A stretch of 64,000 nt of DNA from Octopus sinensis (taxonomy: Eukaryota): contig NC_042998.1 of NCBI RefSeq assembly GCF_006345805.1, positions 196,602,001-196,666,000 of the forward strand, given 5' to 3'. The position numbers and the translations under genes are program-made. Under the pieces are notes generated by a model. The model did no database searches, was not told where the DNA came from, and worked only from the letters and a program-made list of their open reading frames with translations. Position 1 is the first letter of the stretch; every line of letters starts with the position of its first letter. Below, in pieces: positions 25,706-39,744 of the stretch.

Positions 25706-25755
25706 CTTTTCAGAGCCAGAAAATTCTTCAGTCTTCACCAAACAATACCAAGAAT
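25706..25755 (-). CDS. Putative module U4 exon C (50 nt, phase 1-0)
   Basis: Acceptor gagatttttag|AT (weak), donor AAG|gtaagc. Encodes (D/N)SWYCLVKTEEFSGSEK. It is the only phase-compatible candidate I found between U4-B and U3-A, and has little similarity to the other C exons. Confidence 0.5.
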
Positions 25756-26651
25756 CTAAAAATCTCAGTTGAAACTCAAAATGAAGAGTTGCTTCCACAT
25801 TTAGGATGGCGTTACGACAACCACACAGACATCATTGTCATTTAACAACTGTTTTCCAAGTTGGCATGGATAGGAGACAGTTCGATAGGATCTGGCAAAC
25901 CAAAGGACTGCACCAAGTTCCAATGTCTGCTTTGGCAGGGTCTCTGTGACCGAATGTCCTTCCTTAACGCCAAATACTCAACAGAGTGCACTGGGTGCTT
26001 TTTATGTGACACCACGTAGCTTGCAAAACAAGATCCCACAACTGAGGCAGGAGTGGGAGGTGTAGAAAGAGGGGATGTGGCTTTATGTTTTTAAAAAATG
26101 TTTCCTATCAACTAGAATTACATTAAAAATTCAATATGGTAGACGGAAACTGAAAGAAGCCCATCGTATATATGTGTGTATATATGTTTGTCCCCCCAAC
26201 ATCGCTTGACAACCGATGCTGGTGTGTTTACGTCCCTGCAAAAGAGACAGATAGAACAAGTACTAGGCTTACAAAGATTAAGGCGGTGCTCCAGCATGGC
26301 CACAGTAAAGAGTATGATCAGACATTTAAATTGCAGAACATCTTACACAATTCGAAACTGATTTTCTTTCTTTCCTTAAATTTTAGAGAAAAGCTTCTCA
26401 GGTGGGTTTTTTTTACATATATGATTCATGTCGCATTTAAACTTTCAGCAACAGTTACCTACAATTATATTTTGTGTGAGAAAAGGACGACTTACATACT
26501 GCACTGACTTCCTTAATACAACACCTCACTCGGTTGTGCAAGTTGCATGGTGACCCCACAAGTGTTTGTGCCAAATAGAAATAATGGAAAAAAAAAAAGA
26601 AATGAAGGAAATTTCAAATGAAGAAAAAATAGCTTTGAAAACAGCTTGAAG

Positions 26652-26772
26652 CAGGGGCAGGCTGAGCCTTCAGTAAAACGGGCACTGCTCGAGGGCCCAT
26701 ACTCTAATCAATGCTAAGGCGCCCGGTAAACAGTTGTGCCCGAGGGTTCTTAATACTCTCGGTCCGCCCCTG
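26652..26772. mobile_element. hAT-type MITE
   Basis: caggggc...gcccctg termini with an 8-bp TSD gcttgaag. Confidence 0.8.
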
Positions 26773-29700
26773 GCTTGAAGGATCAGGTAAAATATACCCT
26801 TATAAACGCAAAAAAAGTGGCCCATCCATAAAGGTATTTTACCTGATTACATAGCTATTCTTCTGCAATCAAGATTTTCTTCATTTCTAAGATGCCAACT
26901 CACTCAGTGCTTCAGGGTTTGTTCATAAAGATGTTCTAACAATCGAAAAAATATAAATACCTATTCATTGAGTTGCATTTATCAACTGTCCTAATACACA
27001 CACACACACACAAGGCATACCTACACATACCTGCGACTTTGTTTCCTCATAACTTTTAGAAAAATAGATATTTTTTAAAATGAAATCTTCTACAGATACC
27101 TCTCAGATGGTGTAGATTACTATAATATCGGAATTTAATGTGAAAAATACGTATGTGTACGTTGGGCACGTCTACATACATACTGAGTTACACAAATTTT
27201 TCGAAACTTCAGTTTCATTTTCTAGATACACGTGATGTGTATCAGTTATGTATTTTTACGCGCCCAACAAACTTTTTTCTATTCATATTGAATTCCGATA
27301 TAACTGTAATCTTCACCAACTAGAATATATTTAAAGAAAATTTCAGGAAAAAAAAAAGAAAACAAATTTCAGGAAGTTGAGAAAACAAAGAAACGTGGGA
27401 ATTTTCTGAAATTCTTCTCTCCACTCTCGAAAAAAATTTTTTTTTTCTCACAACAATTTCTGATATAACTGAAACAGGTATTCTTTCGGTTTGACTCGAC
27501 GATACGTTTTTGTGAAAATTCATTTTAAAATATCCATTTTTCTGAAAGTTATGAAGAAATAAAGTCGGAGACACATTAGTGGAGATATGCCTCTATATAA
27601 TATGTATTTCTTTACTACCCACAAGGGGCTAAACACAGAGGGGACAAACAAGGACAGACAAAGGGATTAAGTCGATTACATCGACCCCAGTGCGTAACTG
27701 GTACTTAATTTATCGACCCCGAAAGGATGAAAGGCAAAGTCGACCTCGGCCTATGCCTCTATATAATATGAGCTGAGAAAGGATTGAAAAATCGCTTTGG
27801 CCCCTGTTTGGCTGTGGATTTGTAATCCTTTTATATTGACATCACGCGAAAATGCTCCCACTACCCTTTATAAAGTGGTTGCAAAAACCAAATGACACGG
27901 AACAAGCACCAGTCTGCGACAGTAGTGGATGCTAATGGGAAATGATTGAAATTATGATGACCCGTCCAACCCATGCCAGCGTGGAAGACGCACATGAAAT
28001 GACGACGATCTCTGTTTACATACACAAGAAGGAACATAGGAACTCAGTGCTTCAAAGTTGTTAGTAAGAAAGTTTTTAAATTGCAACTGATTTTTCAGAG
28101 AGAGAAAAAAAGAAGAAAACGGCGGGAGAATTGAGGAAAAACAGAATATAAAATAATAATACGCCATAAGAAGGAGCAGATAAGGAAGATGGATGTAGTA
28201 AATGTTTCTATTGTGAATGTTGGGAATAATTTCATGATTGGAGACGATGTTTCCAAGGAGATTTCAAACCGAGCAAAGAATATAATAACAATACTTACAA
28301 TTAAGGTAGAATAAGGTAATTACTTATAAACTTTGTGTCTGGAATATAGGAATATGTTCATAGCGTCAAAATGTCGTATATTTGTCATTTCAATGAGAAA
28401 TTTAGTCCACATTTAGTCTAAATATGTTTTGCCAACGGAGGATATTAACAACATAACAACTTCACTGAAACTTATTTATTTACGCCTGTTGCTAAGTCGA
28501 TTACCTCCCCTCTCTTTCTTCGCTTCTCACATTTACCTCCCCTGATTATTAGCATCATTTTTGGCGCCATTTCGTTTCTAGGCCCCCAACTACAGGGAAA
28601 GACGTATTTTTCTTTGTCAAAAATATGTATTTTCCAGGTCCAAAACGGAAATTCTTCTCGTACATGGAAAGTCACAGTTTAATGAAATTTTTAAAACTTC
28701 AAACGATAAACTAATCAAACACCTTTAAATAACTGTTCCAATGGGTTTTCATTCATTTCAACGGTGTCAATAGCACCAATTTGAATTGAATCTCTCTAAT
28801 TATAAAGCTGAAGTTGTCTGTGTGTGGCAGGTTAGGTAGCCTTCAACTAACACTATCTTCTCCGAGACCCTGCAGCACAAGTTGACCAAAATTGAGAGCA
28901 TGATAGAAGGAGGTTTGCTCTTCCTTTCGTAGAAGAAAAAATTCAAATCAGACCATGTTAACACCAAAAATTACTTACATCAAAAAGGTGCTTTTTTTTC
29001 TATGAAAATCCCTATTTTTTACGATGTTTTGACTGCTGTGTCGTCATCTTTCGGTGTATTTCAACCAGAGTTTGATGACTTGAATAAAAATTCCCAAGAT
29101 AAATGTGTCTGTTAGAATAATTCCGTTGTTTACTTTCCACACTGAATGTCCATGAAAAGAATAAAAAATATGGAATTGGATGTGTCTTGGTGACAAAACA
29201 CATCACCTGCAGAACTGACGTCACAGGAACTAATTTAAATGAACGAACACTAATGAAAATGGGTCGTTTCTCGATTATGTCTGTTATATCCTTCCATACT
29301 TAAGGTTGCTGTTTGTATTACACAATAGGTTATGTGTTGCACGACAGTGAACATGGATTTTAAGCGGGAAAGGGAAGGCTTCTTTTGTGCGGTTTAATTA
29401 ATGAAATAAATATACAGTTATTTAAAATACGATAGGCATACAATACCTCAATATCATCATATTTGTTTTTTTCCATTCTAAACTGACTTGAACGATGTTT
29501 TAGGTACAGAGGCCCTCTCTGTTGGCAATTCCTTTAGTCGCCCCTTGCAATACGTAGATATATGGTGTGCCTGTTGAAAAACTCGGACCCGTTTGGCTTG
29601 GTATATAGGCTTTCAGGAAAATAAACGATGTTATACGAATATAAATACAAAAATACAATAATAATAATAACCGGACATAACAACAGGCTTCATTTCCACA

Positions 29701-31653
29701 CACGCCAGCTGAATTCAAATCGTCCCCAGTCGAAAGACGCCTGTTGTTATGCCCTGTTATTATTATTTTTATTGTATTTTTGTATTTATATTCGTGTAAC
29801 ATTGTCTGTTTTTCCATCCTTGTTTTCGTACACATTCGATGCTTTTTTCCAAGGAATCTAATGCTCTTAGTTTAGTTTTTTCCTTGGGGCTGGCCAGATT
29901 GGAGCAATCTCAAGATTAATCAGCCGAAATTGCGAGGATGATCCGGTTCTTGACTGAGGATAAAAGGCTTCGAATGACCTGTCCTTGTTTTTTAGTATCG
30001 TCTATCTGGATGTTTTGTTGTCCCTTTTTGTATCACCTAGCTGTCCAGATGTTTTGCGTTCTTGTCCCATTTTGTATTTTATATATATATCATCATATAT
30101 ATATATATATATATAGTGGTGTACATACACTTTGTTCTCATATATATATGTATATGTTTGTGTGTCTGTGTTTGTCCCCCACAACATCACCTGACAACCG
30201 ATGCTGGTGTGTTTACATCCCCATAACTTAGCGGTTTGGCAAAAGAGACCGATAGAATAAGTACTAGGGTTACAAAGAATAAGTCCTGGGGTCGATTTGC
30301 TCGACTAAAGGCAATGCTCCAGCATGGCCACAATCAAATGACTGAAACAAATAAAAGAATATTAAACATAACTTGCCCAGGAACTCTTTGATACCACCTC
30401 ATACATGGAAGGTACACGCGTCCATGGAATACTCAACCACTTGCACGTTAATTTCATGAGCAGGCTGGTTCCTTGATCAACTGAAACCCTCACCATTGTA
30501 ACCAAGGGAATGCCAGTTTTGTTTTTAATCATCAGGTGTGGCTGTGTGGTTAGGAGTTCATTTCCCTGATGTCGTCCGCTATAGTCTCGGGTTGATCAAA
30601 GTGGATTTGGTAGATGAAAACTGAAAGAAGCCTCTGTGTGGGTGTCTTTGAGTCTATGTTTGTCCCCACCCGACCACTTGACAACCGGTGTTGGTGGGTT
30701 TACAGCCCCATAACTTAGAGGTTCAGCAAAAGGAACTGATAAAAAAAATACTAGGCTTAAAAAGATCATGTACTGCGGTTGATCCACTTCGTCTAACAGT
30801 TCTAGTGACTGAAGCAAGCAACAGATAAAAGGGTAAAAGACCATTTAGGGTGTCAAACAGGATGGCAACAGAAATATAGCTGGAGTTATTGTTCCTCGGC
30901 TGTGATATAAAATATATTTTAAGAACGAATCGAAATCGAACCTCATCCAACGACTGGCACCCATGCCAACCTCCCTTCATTGGACACTAAACTCTGCTTG
31001 TGAAGACCTGTTGGGGCAAGTGAAATTGAAATTGAACCAAATCCTATGACTGGCACCCGGCCGTTGCCAGTGCCACTGGACTGGCTCTTGTGCAGGTGGC
31101 AAGTAAAGAAACACTGTTTCGACCCTGTGCTTGAGATGACCTATTGAGTCAAGTACATCAACATCAAAAATCAATGGAAATTGTAGTTGTGATACCTGTG
31201 CCGGTTGCATGTAAAAAACACCATCCAAACGTGGCCGATGCCAGTGCCACCTTGACTGGCTTCTGTGCTGGTGGCACGTATAAAGCACCAACCGATCATG
31301 GCCATTGCCAGTCTCGCCTGGCACCTATGCTGGTGGCACATAAAAAGCATCCACTACACTCATGAAGTGGTTGGCGTCCAACTATAGAAACTCTGCCAGA
31401 TCAAGATTGGAGCCTGGCGCAGCCATCTGGTTCACCAGTCCTCAGTCAAAATCATCCAACCCATGCTAGAATGGAAAGCGGACGTTAAATGATGATGATG
31501 ATTTTAAGAAGGAATTGAAATGAAGGTGTTTGGTGTTCAATTCCCTGTGTTTCTAACGCTGCAATTATCAAAATAATTGAGATTTCTTTTTCATGTTATA
31601 AAGAATTTACAAATCAAAAGTAAAAATACGTATTTATTAATTGCTGATATTAC

Positions 31654-31815
31654 TTTCCAGAAGCACCAGTCTTTCAGCTGTTCTTTCCTTCCTTGCGTTC
31701 TTTCATAAACGTTCTTTGAAAGCATCGAGTTCTTCATTATCAATCAAAGCTTGCCTATGTTTGGTTTTAGCATGTTTTAAATCTTCGACAAAGTTTTTGA
31801 GAAGATCTTCAAATT
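31654..31815 (-). CDS. Module U4 exon B (162 nt, phase 1-1) with an in-frame TGA at 31703-31705 (pseudo-exon or poison exon)
   Basis: Acceptor gctcatgtctgtccag|AA, donor GAAA|gtaata. Encodes (E)FEDLLKNFVEDLKHAKTKHRQALIDNEELDAFKERL*KNARKERTAERLVLLE; the frame continues past the stop and aligns to the other B exons. Confidence 0.7.
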
Positions 31816-32913
31816 CTGGACAGACATGAGCAAAAAAACATTTGAAGCTAATTATGATGATTAAAAGAAACATCATTAGACATTTACACGTATAATATTT
31901 CGACTGCAATGGACATAAGGTGGATGGATGGATGGATGGACAGATGTTTATATATTTATATGATACAGATCATACACAAATCACAATTTGTATCAAGTAT
32001 TTGTGTTATACCCTTATAAATTAAGGGTCAGTTTAAACGGACGATTGGCATGAATGGGTTAAGCAAGAACCAGAGGTCAATAACAAGTAAGAGAGATGGT
32101 ATGGAAAGCAGTGACTATTGGGGTCGACTAAAAATCTCAATCTCTACTCTTTCCAATGCCGCCAGGAGTGCTACAAAATTTGTGTGATGTGGAAATATTC
32201 CATCAATATTGCTCAAATGATATTGGCATCAGTTTTAAAATCCATCCAAGACTTGGCCCCATGCTATCTGCCCACTTCAAAAAGTTACAAACACCCACTT
32301 GATATATCGATAAATAAAACCACTAGAGTTGTTTTGTAACTCTTTTACCTGTTTCAGTCATTTGACTGTGACCATGCTGGAGCACCACATTTAGTCAAGC
32401 AAATCGACCCCAGGACTCATTCTTTGTAAGCCCAGTACTTATTCTATCGGTCTCTTTTGCTGAACTGCTAAGTTACAGGGACGCAAACACACCAGCATCG
32501 GTTGTCAAACAATGTTGTGGGGACAAACACAGACACACAAACATATATACACACACACATACATACATATATATATACGATGGGCTTCTTTCAGTTTCCG
32601 TCTACCAAATACACTCACAAGGCTTTGGTCAGCCCGAGGCTATAGTAGAAGACACTTGCCCAAGGTGCCACGCAGTGGGACTGAACCCGGAACCATGTGG
32701 TTGGTAAACAAGCTACTTACCACACAACCACTCCTGTGCCTAAAGTCAGAGTAAATTCATGATTATTTTAGAATTTAAGTGAAATATTGGTATTTTAGTT
32801 TGAAATATAGTAAAGATTACATTAAAACATCTTTCAACCAAATGAACTTTCTCTTTTGGTTTTATCATTACTAAGCTAAAACAACAATGGGTTTGTCGCA
32901 TCCTTAGTACTGA

Positions 32914-33397
32914 CATGCATAAGATCTGGTCATCAAATCTAAGTAGAGACTTCAAACTTGAAATCTTCAAAGCCACAGTCGAACCAATTCTACTATATGG
33001 CTCAGAAACCTGGACGTTATCAAAGAAGTTTGAGAGGCGGTTGGATGGAACCTACATTTGCCTCCTTATAAGAGCTCAAAATCTCTCGTGGAAGCGCCAT
33101 CCAACCAAAGTACAAATATATGGGAAACTACCACCTGTATCATCTCTTGTGAAAGGTAGAAGTGTCCAGTTTGCTGGACATTGTTGTAGAGCTGAAAACG
33201 AGGTAATTTCTACTCTTCTCCTCTGGAAGTCATCTACTCGCAATGCCAGAGGGCGCACACTCTCCTACCCTGATGTAATCTCCAGGGATACAGGCATCCA
33301 GCAACAGGACCTCCATAATGCTATGATGGACTGTGAGGTCTGGCGTAGCATGGTAAATTCCATTGTCTCGACCACAGTCGAACAATGATGATAATGA
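32914..33397 (+). mobile_element. 5'-truncated RTE/RTEX-type LINE with 9-bp TSD
   Basis: ORF 32915..33388 (VEPILLYGSETWTL...QFAGHC) is a typical post-RT LINE C-terminus with a (TGA)n tail. TSD tagtactga at 32905-32913 and 33398-33406. Confidence 0.85.
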
Positions 33398-33427
33398 TAG
33401 TACTGAATCAGTTAAAATATATAGGTG

Positions 33428-34036
33428 TGTAACGAACTTAGCGAGTGTGAATATCTTGTCTTGTACTTTCGGGGTACAAGAAAGCAATCACTCACTAGCC
33501 GTTGCTTTAATAATCCAGAAATCTACTAGTCAGAAACAACAAGACGCAGACATAAAATATATATATTCTACTTTATTCTCTTTCTTGGTAACAGTAACAA
33601 TAAGTGTGTTATCTGATGTCCTTGGTTCTGGGCGCACAAGGCTGAAAGTTAATCGATTGTAATATTTACAATATTCAGCCGCCAAAACCAGAACGGGTTC
33701 AAGATGGCGTCGAACAATGGAGACGATGTTGGTCTGCAACAATTTGGTTAAAGGCCTTTGGTAAGGACTGCTAGAAGCAAGTTCAAACGGAGAGAAAATA
33801 TGCGTGACCGTCGCGTTCAATCGCTGCCGTCCCAAGTCGCCGCTGCTGCTGCTAGCGGTCAAACGTTCCACGACCCCCCCTGCCTCGCTAACTATCACGT
33901 AGGCAAAAGGGTCGTGCTTCCAGTGGTTCGCGCATGCGCGAAAGGGCCCTTCCTTTCTCTGCCTTGGTAAAGGCACCAACACGCGCGAAATACAAATGGA
34001 CGGTGCGCGAGCGCGCACCGCTATAGGGTCACTACA
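33428..34036 (-). mobile_element. Solo LTR (Ty3/Gypsy-type by TSD length), 609 bp
   Basis: TG...CA termini (tgtaacgaac ... ggtcactaca) with a 4-bp TSD GGTG (33424-33427, 34037-34040). The empty site is visible in the paralogous intron at about 40943-40950. CpG-rich; AATAAA on the minus strand at 33572-33577 gives the orientation. Confidence 0.85.
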
Positions 34037-34099
34037 GGTGGCTATTAAAGAAAACGTAGACAGTATATTAATGTAACACAATGTAAAAGTATGGCTTAC

Positions 34100-34151
34100 C
34101 AAGCACATTTTCTGAAAGAATGCTTTTATGGGGTGACACAGCAGGAAACTC
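34100..34151 (-). CDS. Module U4 exon A (52 nt, phase 0-1)
   Basis: Strong acceptor ctttttctgtcttctttgcttcag|GAG, donor TTG|gtaagc. Encodes EFPAVSPHKSILSENVL; the downstream intron start is homologous to those of U5-A and U6-A. Confidence 0.72.
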
Positions 34152-36215
34152 CTGAAGCAAAGAAGACAGAAAAAGAAAAAATACATTTGAGAGGAGAAAC
34201 TGCATCTCAAAGATTGGCCTTCGTTACCCTAACAAAGCTTAGACATGACCCAAATTGTAGTACAGTTTCCACATCTGGAATGGTGCTGCAGTTACGAACA
34301 CCAAGACATCTTACACTATATCCAAAAATGACCATATGGCTGAGTGGTGTGAGGTAAATCACCAAGGACTACAGATCTACTGCATCTCTCACTGTCTTTC
34401 GCAATTATAACTACAAATTATCATCATTACCACTGCCTCCACTGACATTTCTTCATAATAATGTTTACTAATCAATTTCTACTGTTAGAATTGGTGACCC
34501 ACGACTTCAACTAAAAACTTTATCATTACAAATATTCTAATAAAAACTCTGCTGTTACAAATGTAATGTGACAGGAATTGAACCCCTGAATCACTCAACT
34601 ATTTTGTTTTGTAACTGTTGAAAACTGGAACCAATTATGAAAAGTCAAGTATCATATTGATCTTGAATGGATTAATGGCTAAGTCAACCTAAGCAGAGTG
34701 TAAAGATTAAGGTGCAAAACCAAATAATATAGAGTTACCCTTTTTGTTACTATATTTGTATGAAAATACACCAACTTTGATTTAATTACTTTAAAAGAAA
34801 ACGAAGAATTTAGAAAATAACTGTCATTGTTATTAAGCTGGTGTAAGGTGGCAAGATGGCCAAATCGTTAGCACACCAGGTAGGAGGAATTACAACTGTG
34901 TTTCATGGTCTGCTACCACAACAGCTCCTTTATAGGGTCCAGTTAGCTCAAGACATCATCAGGAGGAACCACGTCCGGTTTTGGCCCCTACTCTTCTACC
35001 ATTTTGATGTGGTGGGGCCCCTCCTTTCAGAGCTGTCTTCAGTCCTGGTGTTGGGTGCATGTCTTCTTTCTTCTGTTCCCTTAACATCATTTGGTCTGTC
35101 TTTACATTCTGAGTTCAAATTCTACCAGGGTCAACTTTGCCTTTAATCTATTTCAGGGTCAATAATATAAGTACCAGTTAGGCACTGGGGTCTGTGTAAT
35201 TGACTTAGTCCCTCTCCCATAACATTGCTGAACTTGGGCCAATATAGGAAACCATAATTAAAATGTCGTTTGGAACGTAAATTAATGTGAAACCTTGATA
35301 GAAAGTTTTAGTTACGATCTCTTTAAAACAGTGAATATATTTCATAGAACCAGGGGATCTCTCAAACAGGTTGATATCAAAAGGGTTAAGCTTCAAACCA
35401 CAGCCCACATGCCCCTACTGTTTGAGATAAATAAGTGTACTGTTTGAGATAAATAAATATTTATTTCTTTATTGCCCACAAGGGGACAAACAAAGGGATT
35501 AAGTCAATTACATCAACCCCAGTGTGTAACTGGTACTTTATTTATCTACCCCGATAAGGCGACAAGCTGGCAGAAACGTTAGCAAACCGGTCGAAATGCT
35601 TTGTGGTATTTCGTCCGCTGCTGCATTCTGAGTTCAAATTCCACCGAGGTCGACTTTACCTCTCATCCTTTTGGGGTCGATAAATTAAGCACCAGTGACG
35701 CACTGGGGTCGATGTAATCGACTTAATCTGTTTATTTGTACTTGTTTGTCTCCTCTATGTTTAGCCCCTTGTGGGCAATAAAGAAATAGGTACTTAATTT
35801 ATCAACCCCGAAAGGATGAAAAGCTAAGTTGACCTCAGCGGAATTTGAACTCCGAACGTAACGGCAGACGAAATACCTATTTCTTTACTACCCACAAGGA
35901 GTTAAACACAGAGAGAACAAACAAGGACAGACAAACAGATTAAGTTGATTACATCGACCCCAGTGCATAACTGGTACTTATTTAATCGACCCCAAAAGGA
36001 TGAAAGTCAAAGTCGACCTTGGCGGAATTTGAACTCAGAACGTAATGGCAAATGAAATACCGCTAAGCATTTTGCCCGGCGTGCTAACGTTTCTGCCAGA
36101 TCACCGCCTTAATAAATATATATTGATTGATAATTGCATCAGAGTGATTTGGTTTCTCGCTTTCTTCAAAAGAGAGCTCCAGTAAATATTTAAAGTAAAG
36201 AAGGTAGTATATTAC

Positions 36216-36253
36216 CTCTTCAGGGATAGAATAAAATGCTTCTTCTTCAGCTT
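36216..36253 (-). CDS. Module U5 exon C (38 nt, phase 1-0)
   Basis: Acceptor cttttatattacag|AA (identical to U2-C), donor GAG|gtaata. Encodes (E)AEEEAFYSIPEE. Confidence 0.75.
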
Positions 36254-37010
36254 CTGTAATATAAAAGCAAGTGAATTCCATTATAAAAAAATATCAACTT
36301 ATAACAATTCACATTCAAACATTCAAGATAAATCTTAACTTATGGAATAATGGGGAAACAAAATTGAAATAATGTTTCTGGATCCTAAGAAATGAAGCCA
36401 ACTTTGCAATCCATATAGTTGCAACATTTCAAAGAAATATATATATGCATACATTGGGATCACCAATACTTTATTATCTCCCCTTCTTTCTACCTCTCTT
36501 GTCCTACCCTTTTTTTCCCTCAAGATTTTTTATTCTCTCCCTGTTTATTTTCTCTTATTGCTTTCTATTGAAGAGCTTAAGCTCAAAACATAAAACACTT
36601 TCTCACTTTCCCAAGCGTCAAACTAACACACCTGCTTGCTGTTCATACACCTGTCTTCATCACCTTTTGTTTACCTGTAAATTCCAACTCTCTCTCTATA
36701 TATATATAAATTGAGATAGGGGTTGTGAGTGCAACCCACCATGGGATAACATGTATCCAATATGAGCATAATGAGGCACCCATGGCTGAAACAGCTGTAA
36801 GATGTAGTTTATATTTATATTTGTATTTATTTATATTCACTTATACATACTGTACTTATTGTATCGTATTACTCATTGATGTACACTGTTTTGTTCTATA
36901 TTATTATGTTTGACCTTAATGTTCATTTGTAGTGGTTTAATAAATTATGTGATTGGGTATTATCTAGTAGTTGATTATTGATTAAGGTGTATTTCTCCAT
37001 TTCCTTATTT

Positions 37011-37045
<35 letters not shown>

Positions 37046-38208
37046 CAAGGATTTGTGTCCTAGTTGCCAGATACTTGGTTGGGCCATGCTGGAGTACCAC
37101 CTTTAGTCGAATAAATTGAGCCTAGGACTTATTTTTGTAAGCATAGTACTTATTCTATTGGTCTCTTTTGCCGAATCCCTAATGTTACATAGGCGTAAAT
37201 GCACCAACATCAGTTTTCAAGCGACAGTAGGGGAGACAACTACACACACACGTACACACACACATATATATATGTATATACATACATATACGAAGGGCTT
37301 CTTTCAGTTTCTGTCCACCAAATCTACTCACAAGGCTTTGGTCAGCCAAAGACCATAATAGAAGACACTTGTCGAAGGTAACATGGCGTAAGACTGAACC
37401 CAGAAGCATGTGGTTGAGAAGCAAGCTTCTTACCACACAGCCACTCCTGTGAATGTATGTATGTAAATATGCATGTATGTATGTATGTATGTATGTATAG
37501 CAGCTAAGCCTGGTTTCACCTGGTCGGGTTGGATGATGTGGCTGTAAAACCTGCTCTGTGTAAGCATTCGACTTGTTTGGGCATGCTTACATTAAAAAAC
37601 AATTTTAGAATGACTTTTTTCTGTCAAAACAATAAAAATAACTGATCAAAATATAAAAAAACCAAGATTCAACCAAATAAAAAATAAACCCAAATACTAA
37701 GCGAACAAAGATGAACCATCCCACTTCCATTGCAAGTACACACGCACACACACAAACACAGACACACATACACATACACACATACCCCACCCTTTTACAT
37801 ACACACAGTGTTGAAACGCTGTTTGATTTATTTTTTCAGCGTACAATTTTCATCATCCCACTACCAAGTATGACATCACCCCTTCCTTCCTTATTCATCT
37901 ATCACTCCTTCCTTTCTCATTCATAAACACGAGAGTATTATTATAGTAGATTATCTCGGTAACCATGGGAGCTATGAAAAAATACAGCAACACCACCGGA
38001 TCATTCTGCACATCTGTGTAATTTTTTGCGCAATTCCACACAGTGAATCCCAAGACAAGAAAGAATCGCCCATGTCAAATTTATATGTGTATATATATAT
38101 ATATATATCATCATCATCATCATCTTCATCGTTTAGCGTCCGTTTTCCATGCTAGCATGGGTTGGACGGTTCTACTGGGGTCTGTGAAGCCAGAAGGCAT
38201 ATATATAT

Positions 38209-38240
<32 letters not shown>

Positions 38241-38248
38241 CATACATA

Positions 38249-38315
<67 letters not shown>

Positions 38316-39668
38316 TATAAATTTATGCAGATACACACACACATTGTGATACAGAGATGTGTTATCTGTTTCCCTACTCTGATTCCTTATAGTGTTATTA
38401 GTAAATTAATTTTGGTCTGTTTTATACACACACAAGTTCAATTAAAAATGCAGTAATATGCACAATTCTTCTCAACTCCAATTCTGTGATTTATTTCAGG
38501 TGAACATTAACCAATGATTCATTAAAAGATTCATTAGTCTGTTGTAGCTCTGGCTGAGGAGACACAACAATGTTGAAACACCAGGGTTCTCAAAGATCCC
38601 CGATGCTAATGAATCAAATGTGTTATGAAAGAAGAAGCAGTTCTCCAAATAATGAAATACAGCAGTGATTAGCATATTCATGTTCCTGTGATCAATGACA
38701 GGCCTGCCTGACTGGCTCCTGTACCGGTGGCACATAAAAAGCACCCACCACACTCTTGGAGTGGTTGGCGTTAGGAAGGGCATCTAGCTGTAAAAACTCT
38801 GCCAGATCAAGATTGGAGCCTGGTGCAGCTACTGGCTCTCCAGACCTCAGTCAAACCGTCCAACCCATGCTAGCATGGAAAGCAGACGTTAAATGATGAT
38901 GATGATGTGTTTCCCGAAATGTTAAATGTAAATATAATTATTGTCAAGCATAATCATTGACAACGTCACCTTGCTGGCACATGTGCCAGTGACATGTGTA
39001 AAACAACATTCGAGAGTGGTCGTTGCCAGTGCCGCTGGACTGGCTCCCATGCAGGTGGCACGTAAAAAACACCTTTTGACCGTGGTCGTTGCCAGTAGAA
39101 TGTAAAAAGCACCCACTACACTCTCAGAGTGGTTGGCATTAGGAAGGGCATCCAGCTGTAGAAACTTTGCCAGATCAGATTGGGGCCTTGTGCAGCCTCC
39201 TGGCTTCTCAGTCCTCAATCAAACTGTCCAACCCATGCCAGCATGGAAAGCGGATGTTAAATGATGATGATGATGATGAATTTACTGATTCTTGCAGTTC
39301 CCATGCACAGGATGAATTTTTAAGAAGTAACCGAAAAAAAAACCCATCTTTTGTTGCATTTTGTCCCTAATTAAGCAATTTTCAGATTAATTTGTTGTGA
39401 GAGGGGGTTTCCTTTTCATGTTTTATGTTACACTGCCCCTCCCCAAAGAAGCCATTTACAATAAATGCCATTACCGTGTGGTACATATACAACTGTTTGA
39501 TCCATCACATCTGAACGCTCTTCGAAATCAGACAGGCTTTCTTCATAATCTTTATCTCCTAAAAACAACTCTTCTTTCAATTCTGGAAGCACATCAACAA
39601 AAGAAATGTTTAGATATAAAGTTTAAAAGAAATCATTGTTAGATATTTAACACATTTTACAATAATGG

Positions 39669-39744
<76 letters not shown>

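Noticed and set aside
31703-31705. Selenocysteine codon
   Set aside because: Paralogous exons have Q/K rather than Cys here, CEP57 is not a known selenoprotein, and the 3' UTR is outside the window.
33700-33760. CpG-island first exon of a plus-strand gene (AAGATGGCG, MASNNGDDVGLQQFG)
   Set aside because: The frame stops after 15 codons, and the whole CpG-rich segment lies inside a TG..CA element with a 4-bp TSD and a visible empty paralogous site.
34091-34357. Plus-strand 88-aa ORF
   Set aside because: Overlaps exon U4-A and its polypyrimidine tract in antisense; no recognisable domain.
38480-38700. Plus-strand acceptor followed by exon-like sequence
   Set aside because: Stops occur within a few codons in all three frames; no partner exons found.
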